Shown here in pieces: positions 48,956 to 64,000 of a DNA stretch of 64,000 nt. Origin of the DNA: the human T2T-CHM13v2.0 reference genome, Homo sapiens; the NCBI RefSeq assembly GCF_009914755.1, contig NC_060947.1. One strand, 5' to 3'. Within the stretch, counting starts at the first letter, position 1. Every line of letters begins with the position of its first letter. The notes beneath the pieces are model-generated. The model was not told the DNA's origin. It saw nothing but the letters and a program-made list of their open reading frames with translations, and ran no database searches. A program made the position numbers and the translations under genes.

Positions 48956-50539
48956 TCAGAGGGAAGATTTGAGGTGCAAGGGGCAAGAATGATCAGAGGA
49001 ATTAGTAAGCATGTGGTTAAATCTAAATAAACATTGACTGCATACAATAATAACAACAACAGGAATAATTCACTTGGGGGTTAAGACCAAGTTTGACCTA
49101 AAATACAAACAATTAACATGTAAATTAGGAGACACAATGGCCAGGGTTTTAAAGTTCTTCTGTTGTTTAGGTAGAGGGTAGAGATATTGATTTTAGATTT
49201 TGTTAATAATGAATATTAAAATGTTAAGGATTCAAGTTGGTTGCATAATAGCACTCAGCAAAAAATTATTATGAGTGATTTTGAAATACATTTTGACCTT
49301 ACATCCTTATTGAGATATCAACTAAAAATTGAAAGAATCATGATGAAAAATTTTTAAAATGTTAAGGGTAATCTCTAAATGAATGGAAACAAATTATATA
49401 ACTTAAATATGGATATAAAAACTTTATCAATCCTAAAGAGGGCAGGAAAAGAGAAAAAACTAAGCAGAGAGCTCAAGACAAGATAATAGTAATAAACTAA
49501 AAAAGTTAGTAATTACAATAAAAGTAAATATACCAAACTTACCATTCAAAAGACATATATTTTCAGTTTGGATTAAAAACAACGAAACCCAACTATAAGC
49601 TGTTTATAAGAGACACAAAACAAAGATACACAGAGAAGTTGAAAGTAAATGAATAGCTAAAAGTGAACTAGGTAAGGAGTCACCAGAAGTCACTGAATCT
49701 TGTACAGCTATATTAATATCAGATAAAATACGTTTTTAGGCAAAAAGGATTATCGAGGAGAAAGAGGTTTGGTCACTATGTAATAATAAAATGTGCAATT
49801 CACTGAGAAGACATAATTGCTTTAATTTTGTATACCTCTAATAACATAGCCTCTAAATACCTAAAGGAAAATGAGGGCAAATTAAGATGAATTTTATAAT
49901 GTCATCTCTGTGGGTGAAGATTAAAAATGTGAAAGTGTTGTATAACTGAATAGAATATCTATTGTTTTATCCTCCCAGATGTCCTTCTTTTCTAATAACT
50001 TTTCCCAGCCATTTATATCAGAAATAAAGTATGACTAATAAATGCTCTAAAATGTGGAACTGGTTAAGTGGAGGCTTGATTAAAAGCAATGAGCATTCAT
50101 CTCATATGGGGATAGGGAACTGATGGTCTGGTTCATGTAGTGGCAAAGAAGTTGATTAAATTATTAGCCATTGTCCCTTGGGACAATGCCAACTGCCCAG
50201 ACAGGCTGGAGCTTTAGGCAACTTGGCAACAAAATATCAGGAAATCAGAGTATGTTGAACTATTTAAAGTGTCTTCATGAAGGGATACCAGAGACAAGGT
50301 CCAGGATAAAGTCAGCACTTCTGAAGCAGAAAGAGAATAAGCAAGAAAATTATGTAGCTTTTAAAAGAAAGGGATGGATCTATTGCCTATAGCCAAGAAT
50401 CTAAAACAACCAAGGGCCAGATAATCATGTGCCTTGTGGGATGGCAGCTGCTGCAAGATATGCTTACTCTGTTTCTAAAGCTGTCTAGACAATTGTGGAA
50501 TCCTAGCAGTTGCAATGAAGACACTGGGGAGTAGTCCTA

Positions 50540-50701
<162 letters not shown>

Positions 50702-50819
50702 TCACAAGATGAAATTCCACAGAGTCTTTGCCATAATTCTTCGATGATTGTGAAACAGTAGCACATGAGCACCTGGGTCTCTGTGAACACAGCTCTGGGT
50801 TTGTGCCTGTTGTCCATAA

Positions 50820-50872
50820 GTGTGTATGCGTGTGTGTGTGTGTGTGTGCGTGTGTGTGTGTGTGTGTGTGTG
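50820..50872. repeat. (GT)n microsatellite followed by degenerate GT-rich tract to ~51305
   Basis: Direct reading. Confidence 0.9.
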
Positions 50873-53052
50873 AGGTGTGTGGCTGTGTAGATGTGACAGT
50901 GAGTGTATGTGAGTAGATGTGTTCAGGCTGAGTGTATGATGTTTTTCTATGATTGTACAGATAGGTCTGTAGGTGTACATTATACATATAAGTATGTATT
51001 TTTATAAATATATGGGCATAAGGATTTGTGGCTGTGTTTACAAGTCTGTGTGCAGCATGCTTATGATATGTACTTGTGGTATGTTTAAAGACTTATGCCT
51101 TGTGTTTGTGTATTTGTCTCAGCATATGTTGTGTGCTTGCGTGTGTGTGTGTATGTGTGTGTATAGGGTGTCTAAGCATCTGAGAATGTGTCCATGTGGT
51201 CTTTCCATGCAGGTCTCAGTGTGTCTGTGGCATGTGTGTCTGTTAATGTATATGTCCCTCATTATGTCTCTGGTGTATATGTGAGAGTATCTGTGTGCCT
51301 GTGTCTGAAGACCTCTACTTTGGGAACTCTGGCAGATAAACAGGCATCCATAGACATCTCAGACAGGAAAAATTAACAAATTCCTAATGGTTTCAGAGTG
51401 GATTTGGGGGAGATACACTCTCCTCACTCAAAAAAGGAATTGAGTACTCAGAGAATGAGTTCCTAAGGAGCTTATGAGAGATTCCAAGTCTACTGAGAAA
51501 CTCCCAGAGGTGAGGTGACTGCTGCTGGTGGTGGAAAGTGATGTTGGGTTTCTAAGGTTTCCTTCTGGGTATGTGGATTCCAATTAAATCTCCCTGTAGG
51601 GGGCCAGTGGCCTCTGGTTGTTGTCTATTGGGCCCATCTACCATGCCCCCATCAGGGGTGAGGAAGTGAACCCCTACCCCAACCCACAAACATCTCTGCA
51701 GTGTGAAACTTCTCCAACCCACACTGCCCATGGAAGAAAGTGCACCCTACTGGGTACACGAGGTCGTTCAAGATTGGCTTCAACTTTCTATTCTGAGGAG
51801 TACTAGGAGCCTGTCGCCTATGGAAATGGTCATTGACTCCTTATTGAGTCAAATTGCTTAACCTCTCCGAATTTTACTTTCCTTATCTGCAAAATGTGGA
51901 GAATTAGAACTACTTCACAGAAGTGTTTTGAATATTGGGAAAATGTAAGTAAAACATACTAGTACAGAATGCGCAAGGGACATTTTAAAGACTCAATCAT
52001 TAGAATGAAGTATTAATATTTTATTACTCATGGAAAATAAACCAGAAACGTAAATTCTTGCTTTATCTTCATCCTAAATTCTTGCTTCTTCCTCACTCAC
52101 CCCTCATAGCCAATTCCTGAGATTCCACCTCCTAAAGCTCTCTCAAATGGATTCCTTTTTTCCAGCCTCTCCATTTGTACTACTACAACCTTAGCATTTC
52201 CACACACATACAATACCCTCTTTGTTTATGAAGCTCCCTATCCCTGTCTCTCTGCCTGGAATGTCATTCTTGATCCTTTCTACTTGGTTCACTGTTACTC
52301 AAACCTGAGGCTTCAGCTAGGTATCACTTCTTCCAGGTAGATCTTGGCTGAGTTAGGTGTCCTGCCCCAAAGTCTATGCACCCATAGTCTTACCTATCAG
52401 AGCCTGTATCACACATGCTGTTCTCTATTTCTCTGTTTATTCCTCTGTCTACCCTATTTAGCCTGAAAATTCAGTGAAGACAGGAATGAATTAGATCAAT
52501 TTCCACCTCCAGCATCACTCCAGAACCTGAAACAAGGAGGGGTTCAATAAATGTTTATACCACATGTGGGCCAGAAATAAGAAGCCACCAAACTTATGAT
52601 GAAGAAATTTCATATTTGCTTGCATATATTTTACAGCAAATGTATGTGGTATACAGAACAATGCTGTATAGCCCTTTTCTAACTATGTGTATTTCTGTAC
52701 CTCTATATTTATATACACATATGTATGAATGTACACACACATATATGTCTGTTTCTATAGAGGCATATCTAGCAGGCAAGTAAGTTAACCTACCCACACG
52801 CAAGTTATTTACACAAGTGGTGAAGCTTTTATGTTGACGCCTAACAATCATAACCTGTGCACTGCTGCCCAGTGCCATTGTACCTACAGTGCAGGTGAAC
52901 AATGGAGAGGAAACAGCTCCTTTCTCAAAGAGCTCATGGAAGAACCTGACCCTGAAGAGAGACTGCTATACCACCAGGGTTGGGTCCTTCATGTCTCCCT
53001 CTCCCTCATCCCTTACAGCCAGTGCACCAGCAAGCCCTGCTGATTCCACCTT

Positions 53053-53350
<298 letters not shown>

Positions 53351-54187
53351 TGATTCCACCTTTGAAACATTCCCAAAGTCCTTCTTCATTCCATCTCCGA
53401 TGCCACTACTCTGGTTCAACATGCCCCCACCTCTTGCCAGACTAATGAAGTCAACTTCTTACTGGTCTACTTGTTCATTCTGGCCTTCCTCCCACCAAGT
53501 TTCCACACATGCCCAGAGTGGGCTTTTTTGAAAAATGTGCAACACATTCAGATTACTCCTACTTGATGTGGACCCCATCAATGACATCTCATTGTTGTTT
53601 GGGCAGCATTTGAATCCCTCAACATGAACTATAAAGCCTGGTGGCCTGGCTTCCTTTCTAGCCTCATCTCCCTTTTCTTCAGATCTCACTATTGCTGTCC
53701 CAGCCTCTGTGCTATTCTTTCCTTCAATCCCCTGAAATTGCCATGCTCTCTTCTCATCTCTGGGTCTTCACATGAGTTATTTTCTGTCTCTGAATTAAAT
53801 TTATTTCCCCACTCCCCAGACCATTTCATCTCCTTCTTATATCACCTCTAGCTTCCTCCAGGAAGCTTTCCTTGTAAATTCCCCAGCACCAAGTTGAGTC
53901 AGGAGCACCCTTACCCTCTGATCCTCCATAATCCCTTCTACTTCTCCTCTCATAGCCCTTTGTCACACTGAGATGTAATGTCCTATTTACTGTCTGTCTT
54001 TAGGATGAGGGCAGAGACTTTGTCTATTCTGGCCTTCACTGGATCCCCAAGACATAGAATAAGGTCTAGCACATGGCTAGTTGTCAAAAAAGTTTGTTGA
54101 ATTAATTAGGCTCCCCATAGGGGCTGGAGCAGAGGCAACCCAGGGGATAATCCCAGACTCAAGTCACCCCCACACACAGGAGATTCA

Positions 54188-54349
<162 letters not shown>

Positions 54350-54549
54350 CTAGGATGTGGGGATGCAGAGGAGGAGAGAAGGGGAAAAGGAGAGGTGAGA
54401 GAGAGCAGGGTGGCCATCAGAACAAGCTCAGATCTGCCACAAATTGAGTGGTGATGAACAAGCAGAGCAAAGAGTTTAAATGTTCCAAACTTATAAAAAG
54501 CCATACTCTTTCCAATGTGATGGTGGGCCAAGGGAATAGAAAAGAGCAT

Positions 54550-54552
<3 letters not shown>

Positions 54553-54583
<31 letters not shown>
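54553..54583. repeat. (AG)n microsatellite
   Basis: Direct reading. Confidence 0.95.
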
Positions 54584-54587
<4 letters not shown>

Positions 54588-56750
54588 TTATTTGACGATT
54601 GCTCACCGAAGCCCCTACTTGGTTATTCATTCATTCAAACAGGCCCACCTCTAACATTTGTGGAGCCTGGGACAAGAGTACCAATGGAGGCACTCCATGC
54701 ACAGTCTATCTCTCCATTTCTGGCTCTATCCTGCACTTCTACGTGCCTTTAGTACATGCTTGTGGATAACCAAGTCACATGACCAAGTTCTGTCCACATT
54801 TCCACCTCCACTGATCCCCATGCTCCACAAACAGCAACCCCTTGGTCGTGTGATATGGCCTGACCTCAAGTGGACAGGCCATGTAGGCACTGATAGGCCC
54901 ATGTAGGCACTGAAAGCGGACTCTAGACAAAAAGGGCAAAGAATTCTAGGTTTGGGGTTACCCAGAGTATGGACTGGAAGTAGGGGTTGTGGGATTTGGG
55001 AGACATTACTTTTTGACACTGTGAACACTTATTGCTTAAGCAGGGTTCCTGGTACCCAGGTTCTAAGGGCATTCACACATGTATTGAGTGTTCGTGGCCC
55101 TGTGCTGGGTGCTGGGGTGTTCTTGTTCTCAAGACATGGCCAGTCCAGTGAGGGAAACACTGGCAGCACCGAGGGGAACCATAAAGGGCTGTGGGAGCCC
55201 AGAGGAGCTAGTGATTTCCTCCTCTGTGTATAGGTGTGTCGTTAACTGCTGACGGCATGTGTTAGGAACATCTGCACAGGTGCAAAGTTCCAGGCACACA
55301 TTTCTATATGCAGCTATAGGCGTTTCATACATACATTTCATTATGGACCTGAGTCAGGAGTCAGCGTGCTCTGGTGGAAGGAGCCCTTGACAGGGAGGTA
55401 TGAGCCATAGGTTAAACTCCCTCAGCTCCCTTACATGGTCCCTTGTGCCCTCGGACACATCCCTGCCCCTCTCTGGCCTCATATCCAAAGAGCATTGTCT
55501 CATCTGGCCTGCTGTCTGGGGGCTGCACTTTAGATAGTGGATGGGGAGCACCCAGACCACAGCCTGGTACACAGTGGGTGCTGCGCAAGTGAGAGCTACC
55601 TCGACGGGGAGGTGCTTTGTAAACTGGGCCTGGTGCTCTGTGAGAAGCGTCAAGGTGGCGCCAGCTGTGTGCATGCACACACACAGGTTTGTGTGCAGGG
55701 AGGCGTGCCCTGTGGAGACAGCCACATGTCCAGCTGGGCTCCGAGCTGTGTGGGCAGGGCCGGGCTGGCTCCACCCAAGAGGGCCCTGGCTGCAGGGGCT
55801 GCCATGGGCTGGGGTCACACCTCGAGCAGCCTCTGACTCTGCTCTGAGGAGTGGGACATGAGGGAGTCACAGGTCAGCGTCTACCTCGAGGGGAGGCTGT
55901 CAGTCTGGAGGTAACAGAAAGGGAGACACCAGGGTGTGGCCATCCAGGATAGTGCCTTGCCTGGGGCACCTCCCCCCATCTCCAGTGGGGGAGCTGAGGG
56001 CAGGCCAGTAGGCCCGGCTTTCAGTCCTGGCTCTGTCTCATCCTGGCCGCCTGCCCTGGGGCTGCTCTCTGCTTCTTCATCCATAAACTTGTGGCAGGAA
56101 TGCCCACCCCACAGACCTGTGGTGAAGATGAAATGAGCCACACATGCGGAAGCAGATGGCACCGTGACTGTGCATAGGTGTCCAATAAATGACAATTATG
56201 ACAACAACTGTCCTTCCTGCACTTCATTTCCCACCTGTTCCATCCCCAAGCGGTCCTGCCAGCAGGAACAATACCTGTGCTAATAAGCCCAGGCACAGGG
56301 CCAAATGCTGTGGAAATGGATCCCTGTATTCAGCCAGCAACCAGCCAGTAGGTCACTGTGCCGGGCTGGGGAGAAGATACTCAGGCCAGGAGAGCCACAC
56401 ATAGGCCAGAACTGGGAGAGCTGGAGCCCAGGGCATGGCAACCTGCCTGGGAGGGAGGAGAGGATGGGGAGGGCTTCCTGGAGCAGGTGCTGGGCCTTGG
56501 AAGGGAGTGGGGAGGGCAGGAAGGACACTGTCATGAGTGGGGACAGGGGCTGCCAGTGTGACACCTGCGTTGGGATAAGGTCGGGAGGGCAGAATTGGGA
56601 AGAAGAGTGATTCAAGGGTGGGTCTCTCAGGGCAGCTGTATGTGCCACTGACAGTCACCCACTGACAGAGGAGACAGAAGAGGGTAGACCAGGTGGGGAA
56701 GCTGCACTAGCAAAGGCACAAACTCGTGAGAAAGATGAGGGAACCAGTCA

Positions 56751-57272
<522 letters not shown>

Positions 57273-59355
57273 TCAGGGGCTAATGGTGGTAGGGTTGACC
57301 CCGAGAGAAACCCCGAACCACACACCCTTTCAAACCTCTTCCACAACCCAGCTGTCACCTAATGTGATGCAATGCCTTGCCCTGTACCGAGTACCTGTCC
57401 TAGAGACTTGGTTATTGGCCACCCAAAGGAGCTCATTGCATGCTACCATTTCCCCCTGTCTCCTTCCTTCAGCCTCAACTTGAGCCAAACTGCCTTTTCA
57501 CCTTCACTCATCCTGTTACAGGCAGCTGGGTTCTCTCTTCTGTGGTTCACACCCCTAACATAGTCAGAGAGAAGCAGTATCCTTTGCATCCCTGGCTAGC
57601 TCCAATGTCTTACTGGCAGCTCCTGACTTGTTCACTCCTCTACCCTTTCTGATCCTGAGTTGAGCTCTTCACTCCTCTTTTTTTTTTTTTTAGCCTCTGC
57701 TACATATTGTCTTTTATACTCTACACACAGCTACCAGATTGCCTCTGTGTGCATATGTGTGTCTGTGCATGTGTGTGTTTCTCTCCTCACTCAGAAGTGG
57801 GGTTGGCCTGGGTTATTTTCCTATTTGCTATGCAGTCAACAAACATACTCCAAACATACTCCTCTGTTCTAGGCATTGTGCTTGGCATGGAGACCCACTG
57901 TCTGTGCTTTGGGAGCTCTCTGGCCAGTCAGGAACAAATACTTGGAAACACATGATCAGTGCTCAACATTCATTCCATAAATAGTCACTCCCTCTAAGGT
58001 GTGCCAAGCAGTGGGGCATGGGGATACAGAGGTGGTCCACAACATTATTGGGGAACTTGTGGTCCTTGTCCCAAGTTCCTTACTGTATCCTCAATTCTGT
58101 GCTCTGTCATGAACTAATACCTATATACTGAATGATATTTAAACTGTTCAACCACCTGTTTGTGTAGAAGCTGAAGGGTGGAGTATAGGCACTGACTAAT
58201 CAGAAGACTAGAAACATGGAGCAAGACTTCTGAGGCCTACGCTGTACCAGGCATTAAATCCTTTAGTTGTTGGCCTGTACAGAGTTCAGAGAAATCCCTG
58301 GGAAGAGGAGTGGAAGGCTGGGGCAATGGGGTGACACCAGCAGCCCTGGTTGCATGGTAACAAAACCGAGTGAATGGAAAGAGCTGCACTGCACTAACTC
58401 CAGGCAGGTAAGGTTGCTGATAGGTTTGGTTTCAGAAAGCCTCTCCCTAGTTCTTCCTAGAGAAGCCCTTTATGGCTGCACCACACTCATCATGCCCATC
58501 TGTGCCTAATGGCTTCCACAGGGCACTTGTATTTGTTGAACACTTTCTGTGCATCTGGCAGGGAGTGGGAACTTTTAAGCGCATGAATCCTCATAATATT
58601 GCTACAGAGCAGAGATTATCACCTCTGTTTCAAAGATGAAGAAACTGAGGCATAGAGAGAGAAAGTGATTTCTCCAAGGCCACCTTCTCGGGAAGAAGAA
58701 CCCCAGAATGCTCCCCTCTCCAATCATTTCTTCTAGAACCCTCAGAGCCTAGGGATAGAAAATATCTGATGTAAACTTGTTGCCTGGCTACTGTCTGTTC
58801 CTAACACTAGGTCCTTTGAGGCTCTAGGAGCTTCCAAATTCCTCAGCTTAGTCTGATCTTCTGGTTTTGCCTTCTCACACTGAGCCCAGTTGGCCTCACT
58901 TTATGGTCCCATGCCCATACCCATATCTTCTCTGTTTCATTCTTGTCTTCATACCTTTGCTATTACTCTTGGAATATTTTCTGTATTTCTCTACTCTTGT
59001 TCAGATTTAACTAGGCACTTACAAAGTGCTATTCTCTTTGCCCGATTTCCAAAGTTGAGCTGCTATGCATTTATACCTCAAGAGCCGGCATATTCACTCT
59101 CTTTTTTGAGACCAGGATCATGTGAAGTCATTTAGAGGTGTTCCACACCAAAAATAGCAGAGTAGCTAATGCCTACCCTCATCCAAACTTTTAATTTTAT
59201 TTAAAAATTTTTTAAAAAATTTTTAAATTTTTATTTAAAATAAAAATTATAAACTACAGAATATGGGGAGGTCCTCCCAAGTTCTGGTTTTATATTTTTC
59301 CACTTTGACTACCTTGATGCTGTTTTTGAAATAGTCAATATTATAAAAGCCTTTA

Positions 59356-59673
<318 letters not shown>

Positions 59674-61279
59674 TTAAGATAGTTTTTTTTCTTAGTTTGG
59701 TAGCCCTTATCTTGCTGGTAACCTCAGTGTAGTCTGCCTATTGGGTAATCCAGCTCGTTTAGACCTTCTTCCTCTAAGCTGGACTGGGTCCTATGTTCCT
59801 ACAGCCCAGTTGGTTTACTGTCACCAGAGTTGTGACCAACTGTGTACTCATTGTCTTCTCCAACTAACTGGACATTCTGTCAAATCAGGGACAGCCCTTT
59901 CCTCTTTTGATTCCACGTTCAGGGCTGGGACCTGATGCATAGACTGTAAATGTCTGTTGATGGAGAAATGATGACATAAAGCTGACCTTCTAGATCTGTC
60001 TTCTTCTGGCCCAAACTAATTCATCAAACAGCAACCTAGCAACTGCAGGGTCTAGGCCCAGGGCTGGGGCTTTGTCAATGCCGTTCTTTCACTTACATCC
60101 TTCACCCCGGCCTTCAGGCTCCTTTCACCATATGCTGTTAGCCCATATTGTGCCTTTGTGATAATTTTAAAAAGCCGTACTTTCCTCAGGGTCACACAGC
60201 CCTACTTCAGCACACATCTTGGTGAGAGAAGCGAGTGTACCCTTGACCAGGGTGCCTGTACAATGAACAATCTGCACAACTGGGATATGGGTTCGAGTAT
60301 ATATTGTGCTACTGACTCATTCATTGTGTAGCCCAAGGTAAGACTTTGACTTGATCTGGGTCTCAGTTCCTCCATCTAAAGAGTGGGGCAGTAACAGTGC
60401 TCATTTCTTGGTACTTCAGTTGGGTAAGGCCACTCTTTAGATTTCTTAGAGTGGTGATGACCATTTGAAGCCTCTTTATACTTCTCACTTGGGGTCTCTT
60501 CTCATCATAATACATTTTCAAAGAGAGTAGGGTTCTGGGAACATTCTATATCTAAAACTCACATCTGCTCTCTCCTATCTTTAGTTGGTATGATGACAGA
60601 ACATTTCTTGTTTTTTTTTATGGGTCTTCTCATATGTCAAAGCACTATAGAAGCTACCCGAGGATAGAACCCACCTCTTTTGCCCCTATTTATACCCCCT
60701 ACATATACCACAGCCCAAAGGGTCCAAATACTTGTTGATTGATGAGACATGGGAGTGTTGTGAAAAGAGACATGACTAGGAGACAGAACATGTAATTAGA
60801 ATCCTAGCTCTACCCCTTGTGGTGGGAGCTTGGGAAAGTAATTTCAACTCTCTAAGACTCAATTTCTTTTTCTTGAAATTTTATGACCATAAGACTTATC
60901 TCAGCCTCCTTTACAGGAGTCCTAGAGGATTAAATGTAAGAAAGAAGGTATACATGTTTGGAAACTGAAGTGTCATTCACGTGTGAAGAACACTTTTGTA
61001 ATAATAATCGCAACACCCACAGGAGGGGGGCATTTGTTCCCAGGGTCCTGAACTGTTCATATTGCTCAGGAAAGCACTATTTTAGTCATCTTAGGAACAC
61101 CTTACACATCAAGGAATCAGAGCTGAAAGGATCCTTGAAGAAAGATCATCAAGTTCAGTTTCCTGATATTACAGATAGAGAAGTTGAGGCCCAGCAAGGG
61201 AGGATATTTACTCTAGGTTCTACAGGATATCAAAACTGGGTGAAAGATCTAGACCTTGACTTTGGGGTGCTGGCTCTTA

Positions 61280-61426
<147 letters not shown>

Positions 61427-61799
61427 TCAAGGGAGACATTGGGAGACAGATGGTTTTCTTTGGAAGTTCCCTTAGAGACCATTGAGTACAAGATGCCTCA
61501 TTATAAAGATGAGGAAATTGAGACCTGGAGAACACATCTTGCCCAAGTTTACAAAAATCAGCCAATTGAAAAGAAGCTGGTTGTGTGACTCCTCATTCCT
61601 AATCTCAAACAAGGCCTGTTACATTATACTCAGTCCCAGAGAATACACTCCTTATAAAAGAAGAACATTTATAAGAGGACCAGAAATTGTGATATGAGAA
61701 ATGGCTGAAGAAGAGGAACTAGAGATCTTGGCCAGGGGTCATTATGACTTACATGTATCAAGTGTTTACCGGGAGATTATGATGTGCTGTCTTTGGATT

Positions 61800-62650
61800 T
61801 CTGAAGACTGGCCTCTCCTAATCCACCAATACCCACGTCTCCTCCCACAGTCCTCATCTCAGGTACTGGCACTATCACCTACCCAGTCATATGATCCTAA
61901 ATGGAACCTGGGAGTCATCCTAGATGTCTGTCTTTCTATCATCCCTCACCTCTTAGCAGGTACCAAATCCTCTCCACTCTATCATCTCCTCTAAATATCC
62001 ATTCTTTCTTGCTTGTGCTCACTATAGCTTTGTGCCCAATTACTTTGTCTATATTCTTTTTAGTTCTAATGTATTCACCATACTGGCAGCCAGAAGGGTA
62101 TTTCTAATATGAACATCTGGCCAAAGTATTCTCCTGCCTAAAGCCCTTCTACATTTTGTCATACCTTTTAGAAAAAAGTGTGAATTATTTTAGCAGGTGG
62201 CTCATGGCTTGTCATGATTGGGCCCCAAATTATTTCTTCATCCTTATCTCCCATGGCTCCCTTATTCCTCCACACATTTGGCTTTAGCCAATTTAAGCTA
62301 CTTATAGTTCTCTGGAGATGCCATACTTAGTATATGCTTATATCCTTATTTTCCATTCTTCACCCACCAAATTCTTATGTGTTCTTCAAGGTACCATTCA
62401 TTTTAATTTTACCTCCATTAGGAAGGCTTCCCTGATTTCTGCCCCCATGCAAAGTTAGGCCCTCAGCACTGTCTTCCCAAAGTTCCTCTGTTCCCTCATC
62501 TCACCTCAGTTCTCAGAGTTCTGTATATATACTTGCCAGTCTTCCTTACTAGACTGTGCGCTCAAGGGAAGGACTCTCCACTATCCATATATATGTCTCT
62601 AATGCCCAGAATGGCCAAGACCAGGTATATAGTCAATTTCTATTGAATCA
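61800..62650 (+). mobile_element. LINE-2 remnant (similar relics at ~52050-52560 and ~53360-54105; several MIRs throughout introns)
   Basis: AACCTGGGAGTCATCCTAGA, CAGCCAGAAGGGTATTTCTAA, ACTAGACTGTGCGCTC and TATTGAAT L2-type motifs. Confidence 0.55.
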
Positions 62651-63433
62651 ATAGATAGATAGATAGATGGGAGGATGAAGAAGGAAGGGAGGAAATGGAC
62701 ATGCTGTATGTCCCAAAAAGTTAAAAAAATGACCTATTAATAAAAATTACAGGGAGGCAGATTCCAGCTTGACTGGACCGCATTTGTTGAAAGCAATGGG
62801 CCCCTTGTCATTGCAGGTATAAAAAGAAAATATAGATATACATTTAGGTAAGATTTCAAGTATCTGATGGAGGGTAGAAGAAAATTACCCTTAAGGTCTC
62901 TTCTGTTCTTGAGCTCCAGTAATTTGATGAAGTAGGGAACAACAAAATGTGGTAAATGACCTAGTTCTAGACCACATGTCTAGAATCTAAGAGCAGTGAT
63001 AGTTCTGGTATGAATTTTGGGGCAGAATAAAAAATGTAGGCTTTTGAGGCAGACAGCCAAGCCTGAGGTCCAGTCCCACTTCCATCCCTTTGTATGAATT
63101 TTTGACAATTCATTTATGCTTTTGGAACCTCAGTTTCCTCTCTCTAACATGGAAATAATCTCTAATATGCAGTTTTGTTGTGAAAATTAATGACAGTCAA
63201 GTTTGATATCTGGAGCATACAAAGGGCACTATATATGTTGGCTTCATTAAAATTAATAGAGTCATTGTAAGCCAGGATGGTTAGGGAATGCTTCCTATGA
63301 AAACTCAGAGAAGATCAGGGAGGAATACTTTCTTTAATCTCATGGAGTTGCCTTAGGCATAATCTCACCTCTGCCTTAGGCATGATCTAAGCCTAAGGCA
63401 GAGCAAAGTGGAAAAGTAACTGGTGGTCCTTAC

Positions 63434-63490
63434 CCTGATGTTTTCTGCAATTATGCCAGGGTCATTACAAATGGACTCAATGAAAAACAC
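63434..63490 (-). CDS. PFKFB1: PFKFB1 exon: VFFIESICNDPGIIAENIR
   Basis: TAG| and |GTAAGG, 57 nt. Confidence 0.95.
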
Positions 63491-63978
63491 CTATAAAAGA
63501 AACAGAAAAGAGATTTCCAGCAGGAAATTATGTTTGGTAGGAGCTGAACATAGCTTTACTCCTTTTCAATGGCTCTAAGTCATCTCCAGGGGCATCTCTG
63601 ACAACATAATGCTCTCATACAGTGGTACTTCCAGGCTTCTGAGTTTCATGAGGCAAATTGGCTCTAAACTGAATGACCCCAGACTGTTGTTTTATATCTT
63701 TACTGGGTTTAGGTCTTATATAAGTTTTTTGTAGTGACTCTCTCCACTCTTTCCCCATAGCCAGCCTGTCTGCAGTCAACTTCCATTGCCTAATGTGGCA
63801 CCCCTCCTTTCTTGTTCTGCTTTGCTGCTTCTGACTATATCCTGGAAAGTTAGAGAACCAAATTAAAATGTTGAGCTTATGGTTGCGGATTTGGCCGCTC
63901 TGAGTCCCCTGGTTTGCCTTTCTTTGGGGTTTGTGCTGGAGAAATAGGCTCTAGATAAGAGTTGGAGTGTTACCATAC

Positions 63979-64000
63979 CTTGTAACCATGTTCTTTTGCA
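63979..64000 (-). CDS. PFKFB1: PFKFB1 exon, partial (..AKEHGYK), cut by window edge
   Basis: AAG|GTATGG donor; in frame with the next exon. Confidence 0.85.

Overview
Mammalian (human-like) genomic DNA, recognisable as the TRO/PFKFB1 locus (Xp11.21, from recall). About 1-25.3 kb is nested repeats: old L1s, a class-III (ERV-L-type) provirus remnant with an env TM relic, a THE1/MST LTR, Alus, three 5'-truncated L1PA copies, and an L1PB with a fold-back inverted duplication and palindrome-built minisatellites. About 25.9-36.6 kb holds the complete TRO (trophinin/MAGED3) gene on +. Its 11 coding exons join in frame to 1431 aa, and it hosts an intronic SNORA11-family H/ACA snoRNA. From about 38.3 kb to the window end lie ten 3' coding exons of PFKFB1 on -, with a fourth L1PA in an intron. 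The most unusual observations are three. (1) The four separate L1PA insertions share a mosaic of non-consensus, mostly A/T-to-G/C substitutions, suggesting local ectopic gene conversion. (2) The ~1.5 kb palindrome carries in its centre a snippet copied from ~6.5 kb away. (3) A 124-bp orphan insert is flanked by a TSD. I see no prokaryotic systems. Repeat subfamily names and consensus bases are from memory, not from a search.
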